From: Chiloscyllium plagiosum
Lineage: Eukaryota
Assembly: GCF_004010195.1 (NCBI RefSeq)
Contig: NC_057753.1
Span: 11,674,509-11,719,767, forward strand
Length of the DNA stretch: 45,259 bases
Direction: 5' to 3'
Positions within the stretch are counted from its first letter, which is position 1, and the number at the start of each line of letters is the position of its first letter. This document shows positions 21,940 through 33,300 of this stretch, in pieces. Under the pieces are notes generated by a model. It had not been told where the DNA came from. It ran no database searches and worked only from the letters and a program-made list of their open reading frames with translations. A program made the translations under genes and the position numbers.

Positions 21940-22145
21940 CAAGATTAGAGTGTGGTGCCGGAAAAGCACAGCAGGTCGGGCAGCATCCGAGGAGCAGGAA
22001 AATCGACGTTTCGGGCAAAAACCCTTCATCAGGTTTCTGCCTGAAACATCGATGTTCCTGCTCCTCGGATGCTGCCCGACCTGCTGGGCTTTTCCAGCAC
22101 CACACTCTAATCTAGACTCCCCACATCTGTAATACCCAATTCTGC
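21940..22145. mobile_element. Penelope-derived hairpin element with a 15-bp target-site duplication
   Basis: ~88-bp inverted arms (21936-22023 / 22032-22119). Perfect TGAATAGGCTGGAGT repeats at 21925-21939 and 22146-22160. Confidence 0.8.
22005..22032 (-). ncRNA. Minimal hammerhead ribozyme core (conserved catalytic nucleotides intact)
   Basis: Minus strand reads CTGATGA-A-GGGT-TTTT-GCCC-GAAA-CGTC. The helix I partner is lost at the inversion junction. Confidence 0.55.
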
Positions 22146-22214
22146 TGAATAGGCTGGAGTTTCTTCACATCAACAGGAATAGTTGCTATTGAACAAAGTT
22201 CAATCCTGGATCTG

Positions 22215-22310
22215 ATGAACAGGAATTCCAGAAATTGCATGTGAACGCGATGGTGTGTCAGCAGGGGCAGGTCACTGAATGAATCCCTTTCACAGGGTGG
22301 CAAAGAAGGT
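22215..22310 (-). pseudogene. Remnant of a terminal C2H2 finger from a decayed ZNF gene
   Basis: Minus strand tgtgaaagggattcattcagtga...ctgctgacacaccatcgcgttcac gives approximately C.KGFIQ*..LLTHHRVH. Minus-strand AATAAA lies downstream near 21891. Confidence 0.5.
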
Positions 22311-22712
22311 ATTTGGCTGCTTGACTTCATTGGTCAGAGCACTGAGTGCAGGAGTTGGGAGGGTCATGTTGCAGCCGTACAGGACGTTGGTGAGACCACT
22401 CCTAGAATACTGCGTACATTTCAACTCGCCTTTCTATAGGGCGACTATAAGTTGTTAAACTTGAGAGGCTGCAGAAAAGATTTACAAGGATCTTGCTGGG
22501 ACTGCAGGGTTTGAGCTATAGGGAGAGGCTGAACAGGCTGTGGATTTTTTTTTCCCTGGAGCGTCAGAGGCAGAGGAGTGACCTTATAGGGGTTTATAAA
22601 ATCATGAGGGGCATGGATAGGGTGAACAGACAAGGTCTTTTCTCTGGGGTGGGGGAGTCCAGAACTAGAAGGTATATGTTAAGGGTGAAAGAGGGAAAAA
22701 TTTAAAAAGGAT
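22310..22712 (+). mobile_element. CR1 LINE fragment
   Basis: LLGLQGLSYRERLNRL...DLIGVYKIMRGMDRVNRQGLF..GESRTR. Confidence 0.85.
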
Positions 22713-22789
22713 CTATCACTCATTGTCACTCATACTTTAACAGATTATGAGACAAGGTGAGCTTTTCTGTGTGTTTGGTTTAATTAGCA

Positions 22790-23765
22790 GAATTAACACA
22801 GCACAGAAACAGACCTTTTGGTCCAACATCCAATTGGTATGCCTAATCTCATGTCCCGATCTGACCCCCCAGTCACATTTGCCAATACTTGGTACATATC
22901 CCTCCAAACCCTTCGTATTCATATACCCATCCAGATGCCTTTTAAATGCTGTAATTCAACCAGGCTCCTCCACTTTCTCTGGCTGCTCATTCCATACACA
23001 CACCACCCTCTCATTTAAGAAGTTACCCCTCAGATCCTTTTTAAATTTTTTCCCCTTTCACTCTTAACATATGCCCTCTAGTTCTGGACTCTCCCACCCC
23101 AGGGAAAAGACATTGTCTATTTACCCTATCCATGCCCCTCATAATTCTATAAACCTCTATTAGGTCACCCCTCAACCTCCGCGCTCCAGTGAAAACAGCC
23201 CCAGCCTGTTCAGCCTCTCCCGAGAGCTCAAATCCTCCAACCCTGGCAACATCCTTGTAAATCTTTAAAAAAATATATCTACCTCTCACTCTATAAAAAC
23301 ATGATGATCGATAAAGCCCCTCCTCTCCCGAGAGCTCAAATCCTCCAACCCTGGCAACATCCTTGTAAATCTTTAAAAAAAAATTATCTACCTCTCACTC
23401 TATAAAAACATGATGATCGATAAAGCCCCTATTAAATTTACATCAAGTCAATTTTCAAAACCACTTGTTGAACTTCTCTCTTTGTAGATTCCCCCCTGGG
23501 TCATCTTCAGTCCTCTGCTGCATAGATGTTTCCGGCAACATCCTGGTAAATCTCTTCTGAACCCTCTCCAGCTTAATAATATCCTTGCTATAACAGGGAG
23601 ACCAGAACTAGGATGCAGTACCCCAGAAGAGGTCTCACCAACGTCCTGTACGAACTCAACATGACATCCCCAACTCTAATACTCAAAGGTCTGAGCAATG
23701 AAGACAAGTGTGCTAAATGTCTTCTTCATCACCCTGTCTACCTGTGATGCAAATTTCAAAGAATT
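22790..23765 (-). mobile_element. CR1 LINE fragments, including a ~108-bp tandem duplication at 23214-23429
   Basis: RRLRGDLIEVYRIMRGMDRVNRQCLFPGVGESRTRGH on the minus strand. The duplicated junction sequence is directly visible. Confidence 0.85.
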
Positions 23766-23869
23766 ATTGTTAGTTGTTAAAGTTAACAGAAACAAATCTC
23801 ACATTGTCAGCTTCTTAATGCAGGGCACGATTAAACAAAGCCATAGACAGCAGGATCCAACCCCTGCAG

Positions 23870-24272
23870 TCACTTGCTGGTGTCTGTGGAGGCAGTTTGA
23901 CTGAGTGAATTCCTTCCCACACACACACACACAGCAAGTGAATGGTCCCCTCCTCGGTGTGCGTGCGCAAGTCGGAAGACTTTGCAAATCCTGTTCCACA
24001 CTCGCAGCAAGTGAACAGTCTCTCCCCAGTGTGAACTGGCATGTGTCTCAACAGAACAGAGGACTGAGTGAATCATTTCCCACACTTGGAGCAAGTGAAT
24101 GGTCTATCCCCAGTGTGATCCCGCGTGTGTCACAGATCAAAGGACTGAGTGAATCCTTTCCCATCGTTGGAGCAAGTGAGTGGTCTCTTCCCAGTGTGAA
24201 CTTGCAATGTCTCAGCAGGTCAGAGGACCAAGTGAATCCATTCCCACACTCGGAGGAGGTGATTAGCCTCTT
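23870..24272 (-). pseudogene. Degenerate C2H2 zinc-finger pseudogene fragment (~5 decayed fingers)
   Basis: SECGNGFTWSSDLLRH..., [22 protein letters not shown]..., [17 protein letters not shown] with multiple frameshifts. CpG-depleted. Confidence 0.85.
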
Positions 24273-25869
24273 CTGTAATATTAGGCTGAAAATACCTACC
24301 AGGTTTTTCAAGGTCTGATCAAAATTAGTACAAGGGATATGCACTTTAAGATGAAGCAAATTTCTTAGCTTAATCTACTTAATATGTATTAGTGACATAT
24401 CCCTTGTACTAATGAGTCTGTTAGCTTAAACTACATAATATACATGGATATATATATATACAAGCAAGTGAGTCTCACACTGCCTTCAATGTATTGGGTC
24501 TGTGGTGATGGTGGCACTCAAAGATTTATCTCAGATTCCATACCATCAGTCTCATGAGTCCCAGCCCATTGGTGAAATGTCCAATGCGAGGGGTTGAATA
24601 GATTGCTCTAGACAGCTGTCATGGAATCAACGAGCAGAATGACTCGTTCCATGTCATTGACGATTAAACGAATTAAATTTGCAAAGACTGGGTCCCAGCT
24701 TCTGAGGCTGTCGTGGATTCCCTCACCAGCGTATAACAGCTTTGCCCCCAGTTTAATTGGCTCAGACGTGTGATGGAGGCATGTTCAATCGATGCATTCA
24801 CAAAGTAAATAATATGCAGGAAAAGGGCAGAAAGGCAGGAGGTGCACTGTTTAACGGAGACACTAATTTACTTTAGCTAATAACATGTATGCTCAAACTT
24901 CTTCTGTGCCGCATTATGCCTGGAGGTATATGCATAGATAATCTTAATAGAGAAGCATCTGAGGTGGTTTTATTCTGGTAAATGTATTATATAAATGCAC
25001 TCTGATGATGTTGTCGAAGAGAATTGGAAACTCAGTCGTACTAGGGTGAAGGCGATTCTGAAAAATGGTTTCCTTTTTAAAATTTGATTTGATTTATTAT
25101 TGTCACATGTACCTAGGTACAAAGAAAAGTTTTGTTTTGTGTGCACTACAGACAGATCGAAAGTGCATAAGGGTATTAGAACAGAGTGAGGAATACAGTG
25201 CTACGGCTGCAGAGGATGTGCACAACGTACTTGGCAGTCCTGTAATCTGACAAGGTACCACAGCCTTTCTGGAATGAAAATGTGCAGATACATCACGACT
25301 TTAAAAGGGTCCACACAGCTTCCCAACCACTAACTTTGAAAGTTCAAAGGACTTGATGTAAGGCTGGTGCACTCGTAGGGAAAGCTCGATTTTAACATGA
25401 TGGATGTGGACAGTGACTCATCCGCTGAGGCACTATGAGATCACATCTGACTGTAAGGGTTGGATTCTGCTGCGAAATGGGGGGAGCTCGCAATCCTCCA
25501 TCCATTCCTACCCTCCTTCCTTCTGGTGAGTCCGTGCCCATGGAACAAGGGCGAGTATGTAACTCAGCCCCTCCAGCCTTCTGTACCAACTTATGGCTGA
25601 TCTCATCTCGACCTCAACTCCAGTTTCCTTCCTGCTCACCAAAGCCCTTGCACGCATTACTAATTAAAAACCTGTCTACGTCCTCCTTAAATATATCCGG
25701 CAACGACTGAACTCTGGGAATGTGATTTCTGACTCTCTGAGAGAACTCATTTCTCCTCAACCTTTTCCTCCTCAATTCTAAAACCACGACCTCTCGTTCT
25801 AGATAGCCCCACATAAGGAAACATCCTTTCTACATCTATTTTGTCAAACACCTTTAGCATCATATTTAG

Positions 25870-27070
25870 CAGGTCGACGTCGGTAGGGCAGTGGATGTGG
25901 TGTATATGGACTTCAGCAAGGCATTTGATAGGGTTCCCCATGGTAGGCTCATTCATAAAATCAGGAAGTATGGGATACAGGGAGATTGAGCTATCTGGAT
26001 TCAGAATTGGCTGAGCTGACAGAAGGCAGAGTGTGGTTGTAGATGGAAAATATTCTGCCTGGAGGACAGTGTTGAGTGGGATTCCGCAGGGCTCTGTTCC
26101 TGGGCCTCTTCTCTTTGTAGTTTTTATAAATGACTTGGATGAGGAGGTTGAGGGGTGGGTTAGGAAAGTGACACAAAGGTTGGAGGTGTCATCGATAGTA
26201 TAGAGGGCTACTGCAGTCTGCAGCGTGACATAGACAGGATGCAGAGCTGGGCTAAGAAATGGCAGACGGAGTTCAACCTGGATAAATGCAAAGTGATGCA
26301 TTTTGGAAGGTTGAACTCGAATTCTGAATATAGGATTAAAGACAGGATTCTTGGCAGTGTGGAGGAACAGAGGGATCTGGGTGTGCAAGTACATAGATCC
26401 TTCAAAGTTGCCACCCAAGTGGATAGGGTTGTTAAGAAAGCATATGGTGTTTTGGCTTTCATTAACAAGGGTATCGAGTTTAAGAGCCATGAGGTTTTGC
26501 TGCAGTTCTACAACTCCCTGGTGAGACCACACGTCCAGTTCTGGTCGCCCTACTATAGGAAAGATACAGAGGCTTTGGAGAAGGTGCAAAGAAGGTTTAC
26601 CAGGATGCTGCCTGGACTGGAGGGCTTGCCATATGAAGAAATGGCAAGCCTGTGTTGAATAAGCTTGGACTTTTCTCTCTGGAGAGAAGGAGGAAGAGAG
26701 GAGATCTGATCGAGGTGAACAAAATAATGAGAGGAATAGATAGAGTCAATAGCCAGAGACTTTTCCCCAGGACAGGATTGACTGGTACGAGAAGTCATAG
26801 TTTGAAGATATTAGGTGGAAGATATAAAGGAGACGTCAGAGATAGGTTCTTTACGCAGAGTTGTGAATGCGTCGAATGCGTTGCCAGCTGTGGTGGTGGA
26901 AGCGAATTCATTGGGGACATTTAAGCGACTGCTGGATATGCACATGGATAGCAGTGAGTTGAGGGGTGCGTAGGATAATTTACTATATTTTACATTAGGA
27001 TTAAGTCTCAGCACAACATCGTAGGCCTAAGGGCCTATTCTGTGCTGTACTTTTCTATGTTCTATGTTCT
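25870..27070 (+). mobile_element. Younger CR1 LINE 3' portion (RT domain through 3' tail), nested in an older minus-strand CR1
   Basis: AVDVVYMDFSKAFDRVPH, GIPQGSVLGPLLFVVFINDL, WQTEFNLDKCKVMHFG and LEKVQRRFTRMLPGL motifs, ending in a (TATGTTC)n tail. Confidence 0.93.
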
Positions 27071-27369
27071 ATCATCTATGCCTCAGGCGGGTCAGTTTGC
27101 TCAGTTGGCTAGTTTGGGATATCAACACTATGGGTTCAATCCCCACACCGGCTGAAGTTACAATGAGGGACTCACATTCTCAGCCTCTGCCAATGTATGA
27201 GATAGGTGGCCTTCAGATGAAACCAGTACCAATCATCCCTCTGTAGTGAGAGCACAGTCCTCTGGGACAATAGCGATTTTTAAAATCCACATCTTAATTA
27301 GGTCTCTTCTCATTCTTCAAAATGCCAGAGGGTATAAGGCTAAACTGCTCAAGGTTTCAGGCTAACATA

Positions 27370-27490
27370 GTCAGAAGTCACACAACACCAGGTGACAGTC
27401 CAACAAGTTTATTTGAAATCACAAGCTTTCGGAGCGCTGCTCCGCCATCAGGTGAAGGAACAGCATTCCAAAAGCTTGGAATTTCAAATA
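27370..27490. mobile_element. Second Penelope-like family, inverted terminal remnant with a hammerhead-like motif
   Basis: Arms TATTTGAAATCACAAGCTTTCGGA / TCCAAAAGCTTGGAATTTCAAATA. Minus strand reads CTGATGG-C-GGAGC-AGC-GCTCC-GAAAGCTT. Confidence 0.55.
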
Positions 27491-27494
27491 TACC

Positions 27495-27655
27495 TTAGAT
27501 TACTTAGATTACTTACAGTGTGGAAACAGGCCCTTCGGCCCAACAAGTCCACACCGACCCGCCGAAGCGCAACCCACCCATACCCCTACATTTACCCCTT
27601 ATTACCTAACACTAAGGGCAATTTAGCATGGCCAATTCACCTAACCTGCACATTG
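27495..27655 (-). mobile_element. HE1-like SINE 3' fragment with (TTAGATTAC)n tail
   Basis: Matches the tails of other copies in the window. Confidence 0.8.
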
Positions 27656-27864
27656 AACGTCTGGCTGCAGTCTGCACTGAAAACAAAACAATGCTGGAAA
27701 TTACAGACGTTCAATTGCGTTTGTTTAAACAAAAATAAGGACTTACATTGAAACCCATTTCCTGTCAACGGGAAATGACAGGAAATTACAGCGGCTCAGG
27801 AGGCATCCGTGGAGAGAGAGAGAGAACAAACGAGCATTTCGGTTCTAGATGACCCTTCATCAAA

Positions 27865-28120
27865 GCTGGCGCGGAGTCTCCACTGCATCGCAGCAGCGAC
27901 GCATCAAGAGGCGCCCAGCCCTTCGACATCAATGGCGGTGCGTTTACCCGTCGCCCCCCGCGCTGGTGAAAGCCCCCTATCCTCATCGCGGGCGGGCGGC
28001 GCACAGACGCAAGTGGCCGGCCGGGTCTGGAGCATGCGCGGAGCGGGCGCTGGCGGTGGGTCGCTGGGTGAGTTTGGGGAAGGGATGGGGACTGGGGGAG
28101 GGGGTCCCTGCGGGCGCAGA
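27865..28120 (+). promoter_or_regulatory. CpG-rich putative promoter/exon 1 of the ZNF pseudogene
   Basis: CpG-rich. GCATGCGC at 28032-28039 followed by donor TGG|GTGAGT (GT at 28068), the same layout as the two intact ZNF genes. Confidence 0.55.
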
Positions 28121-28329
28121 GAGCTGCAAGAGAACATAAAGTGGGGAGGGGGATTGACAGGGATGGGTTTGATAAACTCCTCTTCCCAGGAGAGAAGGGT
28201 TTGCAAAAAAAAAAATTGCAAGCCAGAGAAATGTTTGTCTCTTTGCAATCTCCATCGTGCACCAAGAGAGAGATGGGATTTACATCTCTCTTTTTCTTGG
28301 GTTTCTCCACTGGATTCGAGACGTTTAAC

Positions 28330-28660
28330 GTGTGTAGAGGTTTACAAAATTACGGTGGGCATGGATAGGATAAATAGACAAAGTCTTTCCCCTGGGAGGG
28401 GGGGGAGTCCAGAACTAGAGGGGCATAGGTTTAGGGTGAGAGGGGGAAGGTATAAAAGAGAACTAAGGGGCAACTTTTTCACTCAGAGGGTGGTACGTGT
28501 ATGGAATGAGCTGCCAGAGGAAGTGGTGGAGGCTGGTACAATTGCAACATTTAAGAGGCATTTGGATGGGTGTATGAATAGGAAGGGTTTGGAGGGATAT
28601 GGGCCGGGTGCTGGCAGGTGGGACTCGATTGGGGTTGGGATATCTGGTCGGCATGGACCA
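28330..28660 (+). mobile_element. CR1 LINE 3' end
   Basis: EVYKITVGMDRINRQSL...GHRFRVRGGRYKRELRGNFFTQRVVRVWNELPEEVVEAGTIATFKRHLD. Confidence 0.9.
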
Positions 28661-28740
28661 GTTAGGTTAGATTCCCTACGGTGTGGAAACGGACCAACGA
28701 GTCCACACGCACCCTCCGAAGGGATTTTTTTTTCAAAAAA

Positions 28741-29046
28741 GTGACACAGTGGTTAGCACTGCTGCCTCACAGCACCAGGGTACCAGGTTCGATTTCTGCC
28801 TCGGGCGACTGACTGTGTGGAGTTTGCACATTCTCCCCGTGTCTGCGTGGGTTTCCTGCGGGTGCTCCGGTTTCCTCCCACAGGCCAAAGATGTGCAGGT
28901 CAAGGTGAATTGGACGTGCTAAAATTGCCCGTAGAGTTAGGCGCATTAGTCAGAGGGGAAATGGGCCTGGGTGGGTTACTCTTCGGAGGGTCGGTGTGGA
29001 CTGGTTGGGCCAAAGGGCCTGTTTCCACACTGTAGGGAATCTAATT
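28741..29046 (+). mobile_element. HE1/V-SINE-like SINE
   Basis: Head, core and tail match other copies. Confidence 0.9.
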
Positions 29047-29702
29047 CTGGTTGCTGGTTTTGTGTGCATACACTCTCTGGATTTTACAGGGATCAAGGGC
29101 GATGGCTAGAAATTGGGAGAGTGGGGCTGAGAAGCTTATCAGCCATGTTTGAATGGCGGGGTAGACGCGATGGGCTGAATGGCCTAATTTCCCCTCCTGT
29201 CTCTTGTGGATTGGCAGGAGGGAAGGGTCTTGTGAACTTATACCTCAGTCGGGAAAGCCTGGACTAATTGGGGCGTTTAAGAAAATCCAGCCGGGGACCT
29301 CTCGAGGGGTGTTGGAAATGACAATGGATTGCTGGACTCGAAATGTTAACGCGATGTTTGCTGGGTTTTTTTTTTGTCTCCACAGACGCTGTTGGAGCTG
29401 CCAGTTTTCTGCAGCACTTTCTGGTTCTCTGCTCTGTGAGGAAAAAAAACTGTAAGCAATAAGGCTGGAAAACCAACGAGAGAAATGAAGAGTCAGTTAG
29501 ACTAGGACCCGTTAGCTTATTCTCTCTGCACAGAGGCTGCCTGACCTGCTGCGATTTCTATTGCTTTTTCTGTTTTCAAGACAAAGACACATTCCCCCCC
29601 CCACCCCCCACCCCCAACTGGGTGACTTTCAGTGAACTGCGGATTGACTTAAGCTTCGTTCGCTCGGCAAAGCTGCAGAGGCACGGGGAGGTCCCCGCCA
29701 GG

Positions 29703-30502
29703 CAGAAGCCGTGGAAATGTGGGGACTGCGGGAAGGGGTTTAATTACCCCCTCGGAACTGGAGACTCACCGCCGCAGCCACACCGGGGAGCGGCCGTGTG
29801 CGGGAAGGGCTTCACCCAGTCGTCCAGCCTCTACACCCACCGGCGGGTGCACACCGGGGAGCAGCCGTTCGCCTGCCCGGAGTGCGGCCAGGGGTTTAAG
29901 GCTTTCTCCACCCTCCGGGCTCACCGGCGGGTCCACTCCAACAAGAGGCCATTCACGTGCCCGGACTGCGGGAAGAGCTTCAACAGCCGGAAGGATCTGC
30001 TGAACCACCAGCGGGCTCTGACCGGGGAGCGGCCGTTCGCCTGCGCCGTGCGCGGCAAGGGCTTCGCTTGCTCGTCCCCCCTGCTGACCCGTCAGCTCGC
30101 CCACGCCACCGAGAGGCCCTTCCCGCGTCCCCAGTGCGCGAAGCGATTCAAGATGCGGGAAGGACCTGCTCGAGCACCGGTACACGCACACCGGGGAGCG
30201 GCCCTTCGCCTGCTCCGAGTGCGGGCTGGAGTTGGTGGACCTGCCGGACCTGCTGGCCCACCGGCGGGGGGCCCACCGGGGAGCGGCCGTACGCCTCCCG
30301 CCTCACCACGCACCGACTGGTCCTCACCGACGAGAGGCCCCACGGCTGCCCCGTCTGCCAGAAGCGGTTCAAAAGCAGGCAGAACCTGCTGACGCGCCGG
30401 CGGGTCCACACCGGGGAGCGGCCGTTCCACTGCGCCGCCTGCGGCGAGGGCTTCACCCAGTCCAACAACCTCCCTGAGACACCACCAGCTGCACTTGCGT
30501 GA
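29703..30502 (+). pseudogene. C2H2 zinc-finger pseudogene (~9 fingers, frameshifted)
   Basis: Starts QKPWKCGDCGKGFNYP without the Met. There is a +1 C at 29747-29751, a deletion after TGERP, and further frameshifts near 30160 and 30270. Several Cys/His ligands are lost (HQRAL, CAVRG, FPRPQC). Confidence 0.85.
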
Positions 30503-30585
30503 GCAGGGGTTGGACTCTGCCGCTGAGGTGACCCACATCCAGGAGTGAATCGCAGCCGATCGCCTGTTCTACCTACCCTCCCCCC

Positions 30586-31035
30586 AACACAGACACACAC
30601 AGACAGGCACACAGACACTCACACACACACACGGACAGACACACACAGACGTACACACACAGACAGACAGACACACACACACACACAGGCAGACACACAC
30701 AGGCACACACACAGACGGGCACACAAATGCACACACAGACNNNNNNNNNNNNNNNNNNNNNNNNNNNNNNNNNNNNNNNNNNNNNNNNNNNNNNNNNNNN
30801 NNNNNNNNNNNNNNNNNNNNNNNNNNNNNNNNNNNNNNNNNNNNNNNNNNNNNNNNNNNNNNNNNNNNNNNNNNNNNNNNNNNNNNNNNNNNNNNNNNNN
30901 NNNNNNNNNNNNNNNNNNNNNNNNNNNNNNNNNNNNNNNNNNNNNNNNNNNNNNNNNNNNNNNNNNNNNNNNNNNNNNNNNNNNNNNNNNNNNNNNNNNN
31001 NNNNNNNNNNNNNNNNNNNNNNNNNACACACATAC
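30586..31035. repeat. (CA)n-rich microsatellite spanning a gap
   Basis: Directly visible. Confidence 0.9.
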
Positions 31036-31741
31036 CGAGGCTATAGACTTAAAAAACAAGGGCCAGGCTAAGAGAGCCTGTAAACATCACGGACGAGGCT
31101 TGCGGGGTTGACAATGAGGAATAACCGCTGGACCACATCGACAGGATGGGCAGAGAAGCTTCAAGTGGGCATCTGAGTCCCGGAGCAGCATGAGGCGATG
31201 GATTTTGGCGGAAACTGAACCAGGGCAGGGGCACGGACGGTGAGCTGTGCGAGGCTGAGGGGTGCAGGCACACACACATCGCCCACAGGTCGATCGGGAC
31301 GGGTCAAGAAGGTACTTGGACCACTTCGCTTCCTTGAGCAGGACTGTAAGAGAATATCCTGCGCGAGCTACTAGCTCGAGCACAGCCAGAACACGGAGGT
31401 CTGTTTGAATCTCCGCACTACTCAAGTATAGCGTGAGGCGTTGATTTTATTTTCTCTTTATTCCTCATGGGATCTGCGTGTCGCTGGCATGTTGTTGCCT
31501 GTGTCCGATTGTCCTTGAACTGACGAAGGCCCGGGCTCTTTCAGAGGCTAACAGTCAGTGGCTGTGGGTTTGAAATCATGGGGNNNNNNNNNNNNNNNNN
31601 NNNNNNNNNNNNNNNNNNNNNNNNNGGATGGAAACAGCTGTTCCTCAAGGGAGAAGGGGGAAAGGGGTCTGTTGGGAGCCTCAGTGCAGCGGGGTGTGGG
31701 GCCCCTTTCGCTTATGGCTGATCCACGGGTGGCATCCTCGT

Positions 31742-32690
31742 TATTTAGATCAGATTAGATCCCCTACCGTGTGGAGACAGGCCCTTCGGCCCAACAACTC
31801 CAACACTGACCCTCTGAAGAGTAACCCACCCCAGACCCATTCCCCTACCCCTATATTTACCCCTGACTAATGCACATAACACTATGGGTAATTTAGCACG
31901 GCTAATCCACCTTAACTTGCACATCCCTGGGCACTATGGGTAATTTAGCATGGCCAATCCATCTTAACCTGCACATCCCTGGGCACTATGGGGTAATTTA
32001 GCACGGCCAATCCACCCTAACCTGCACATCCCTGGGCACTATGGGGTAATTTAGCATGGCTAATCCACCTTAACCTGCACATCCCTGGGCACTGTGGGTA
32101 ATTTAGCATGGCCAATCCACCTTAACCTGCACATCCCTGGGCACTATGGGGTAATTTAGCATGGCCAATCCACCCTAACCTGCACATCCCTGGGCACTAT
32201 AGGGTAATTTAGCATGGCCAATCCACCCGAACCTGCACATCCCTGGGCACTATGGGTAATTTAGCACAGCCAATCCACCCTAACCTACGCATCTCTGGGC
32301 ACTATGGGTAATTTAGCATGGCCAATCCACCCTAACCTGCACGTCCCTGGGCACTATGGGTAATCCAGCATGGCCAATCCACCCTAACCTACATATCCCT
32401 GAGCATTGTGGGTAATTTAGCACGTCAAATCCACCCTAACCAACACATCCCTGGGCACTATGGGTAATTTAACATGGCTAATCCACCCAAACCTGCACAT
32501 CGCTGGGCACTATGGGTATTTTAGCACGGCCCATCCACCCGAACCTGGGCATCTTCGGACTGTGGGAAGAAACTGGAACACCCGGCAGAGACACATGCAA
32601 ACGCGGTTGGGGTGGGAGAGGGGACCATGTGCACACAGATGGTCATCCGAGGCTGGGAATCGAACCCGGTCATGAGCTAACCACTGAGCT
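31742..32690 (-). mobile_element. HE1-like SINE with an internal ~52-bp tandem expansion (~31875-32550)
   Basis: SINE tail, then ~13 copies of CTAACCTGCACATCCCTGGGCACTATGGGTAATTTAGCATGGCCAATCCACC, then SINE core and head. Confidence 0.85.
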
Positions 32691-32714
32691 TTGTTGTTCG
32701 GGCTTTCTGCTTCC

Positions 32715-33300
32715 TTGAAGCAACGTAGCTTGTGACTGAAGAGCCCAATGCTGGAGTACCAGTCCCGGTCACAGCGGTCACCTCTGTATGTGGTCGCTGA
32801 TCTGCTGGAGCTGCTGCCGGTCCTCCGTTGGTGCCCGCTTGTCTGCTGCAGCTCTCCTCAGCTCCTTTTCCCCCCGTTTTGAGGTGCCGGTTCAGGCTGC
32901 TTCTCCATCTCGTGCAGTCAGCTGCAAGCCTTTCCCAGGACTCCGTCACGATACCAAGCGCCTGGCACAGACGTCCTTGTAGTGCAGCTGGGGGTGCCAC
33001 ATGGGTCTCCTCCCCGGATGCGAGCTCTCCCCTCAGCTCCTTTTCCCCCCGTTTTGAGGTGCCGGTTCAGGCTGCTTCTCCATCTCGTGCAGTCAGCTGC
33101 AAGCCTTTCCCAGGACTCCGTCACGATACCAAGCGCCTTCATGTTTCCCTGGCACAGACGTCCTTGTAGTGCAGCTGGGGATGCCACATGGGTCTCCTCC
33201 CCGGATGTGAGCTCTCCACAGAGGGGGAGGCTTTGAGACGCGGCCGTCCTCCAGGCGGTGCATGTGACCCCCTCTCCCAGCACAGTTTCTGCCACCTGAG
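32715..33300 (-). mobile_element. RTE-clade LINE 3' fragment with an internal ~176-bp duplication
   Basis: Minus strand, across frameshifts: EDGR..K..LCGEL..G.R...PQLHYKDVC...MKALGIVTESWERLAADCTRWRSSLNRHLKTG, then a degenerate C-terminal CxxC..IGLFSH motif. 32857-33030 is approximately equal to 33032-33210. Confidence 0.75.

Noticed and set aside
25289..25526. Possible coding exon ending at CTG|GTGAGT
   Set aside because: All three frames from the nearest acceptor hit stops. Part of it is better explained as a ZNF 3' remnant.
29622..30392. 256-aa ORF as an intact ZNF protein
   Set aside because: It starts at GTG with no ATG before the fingers. It stays open only through compensating indels, and several zinc ligands are lost.
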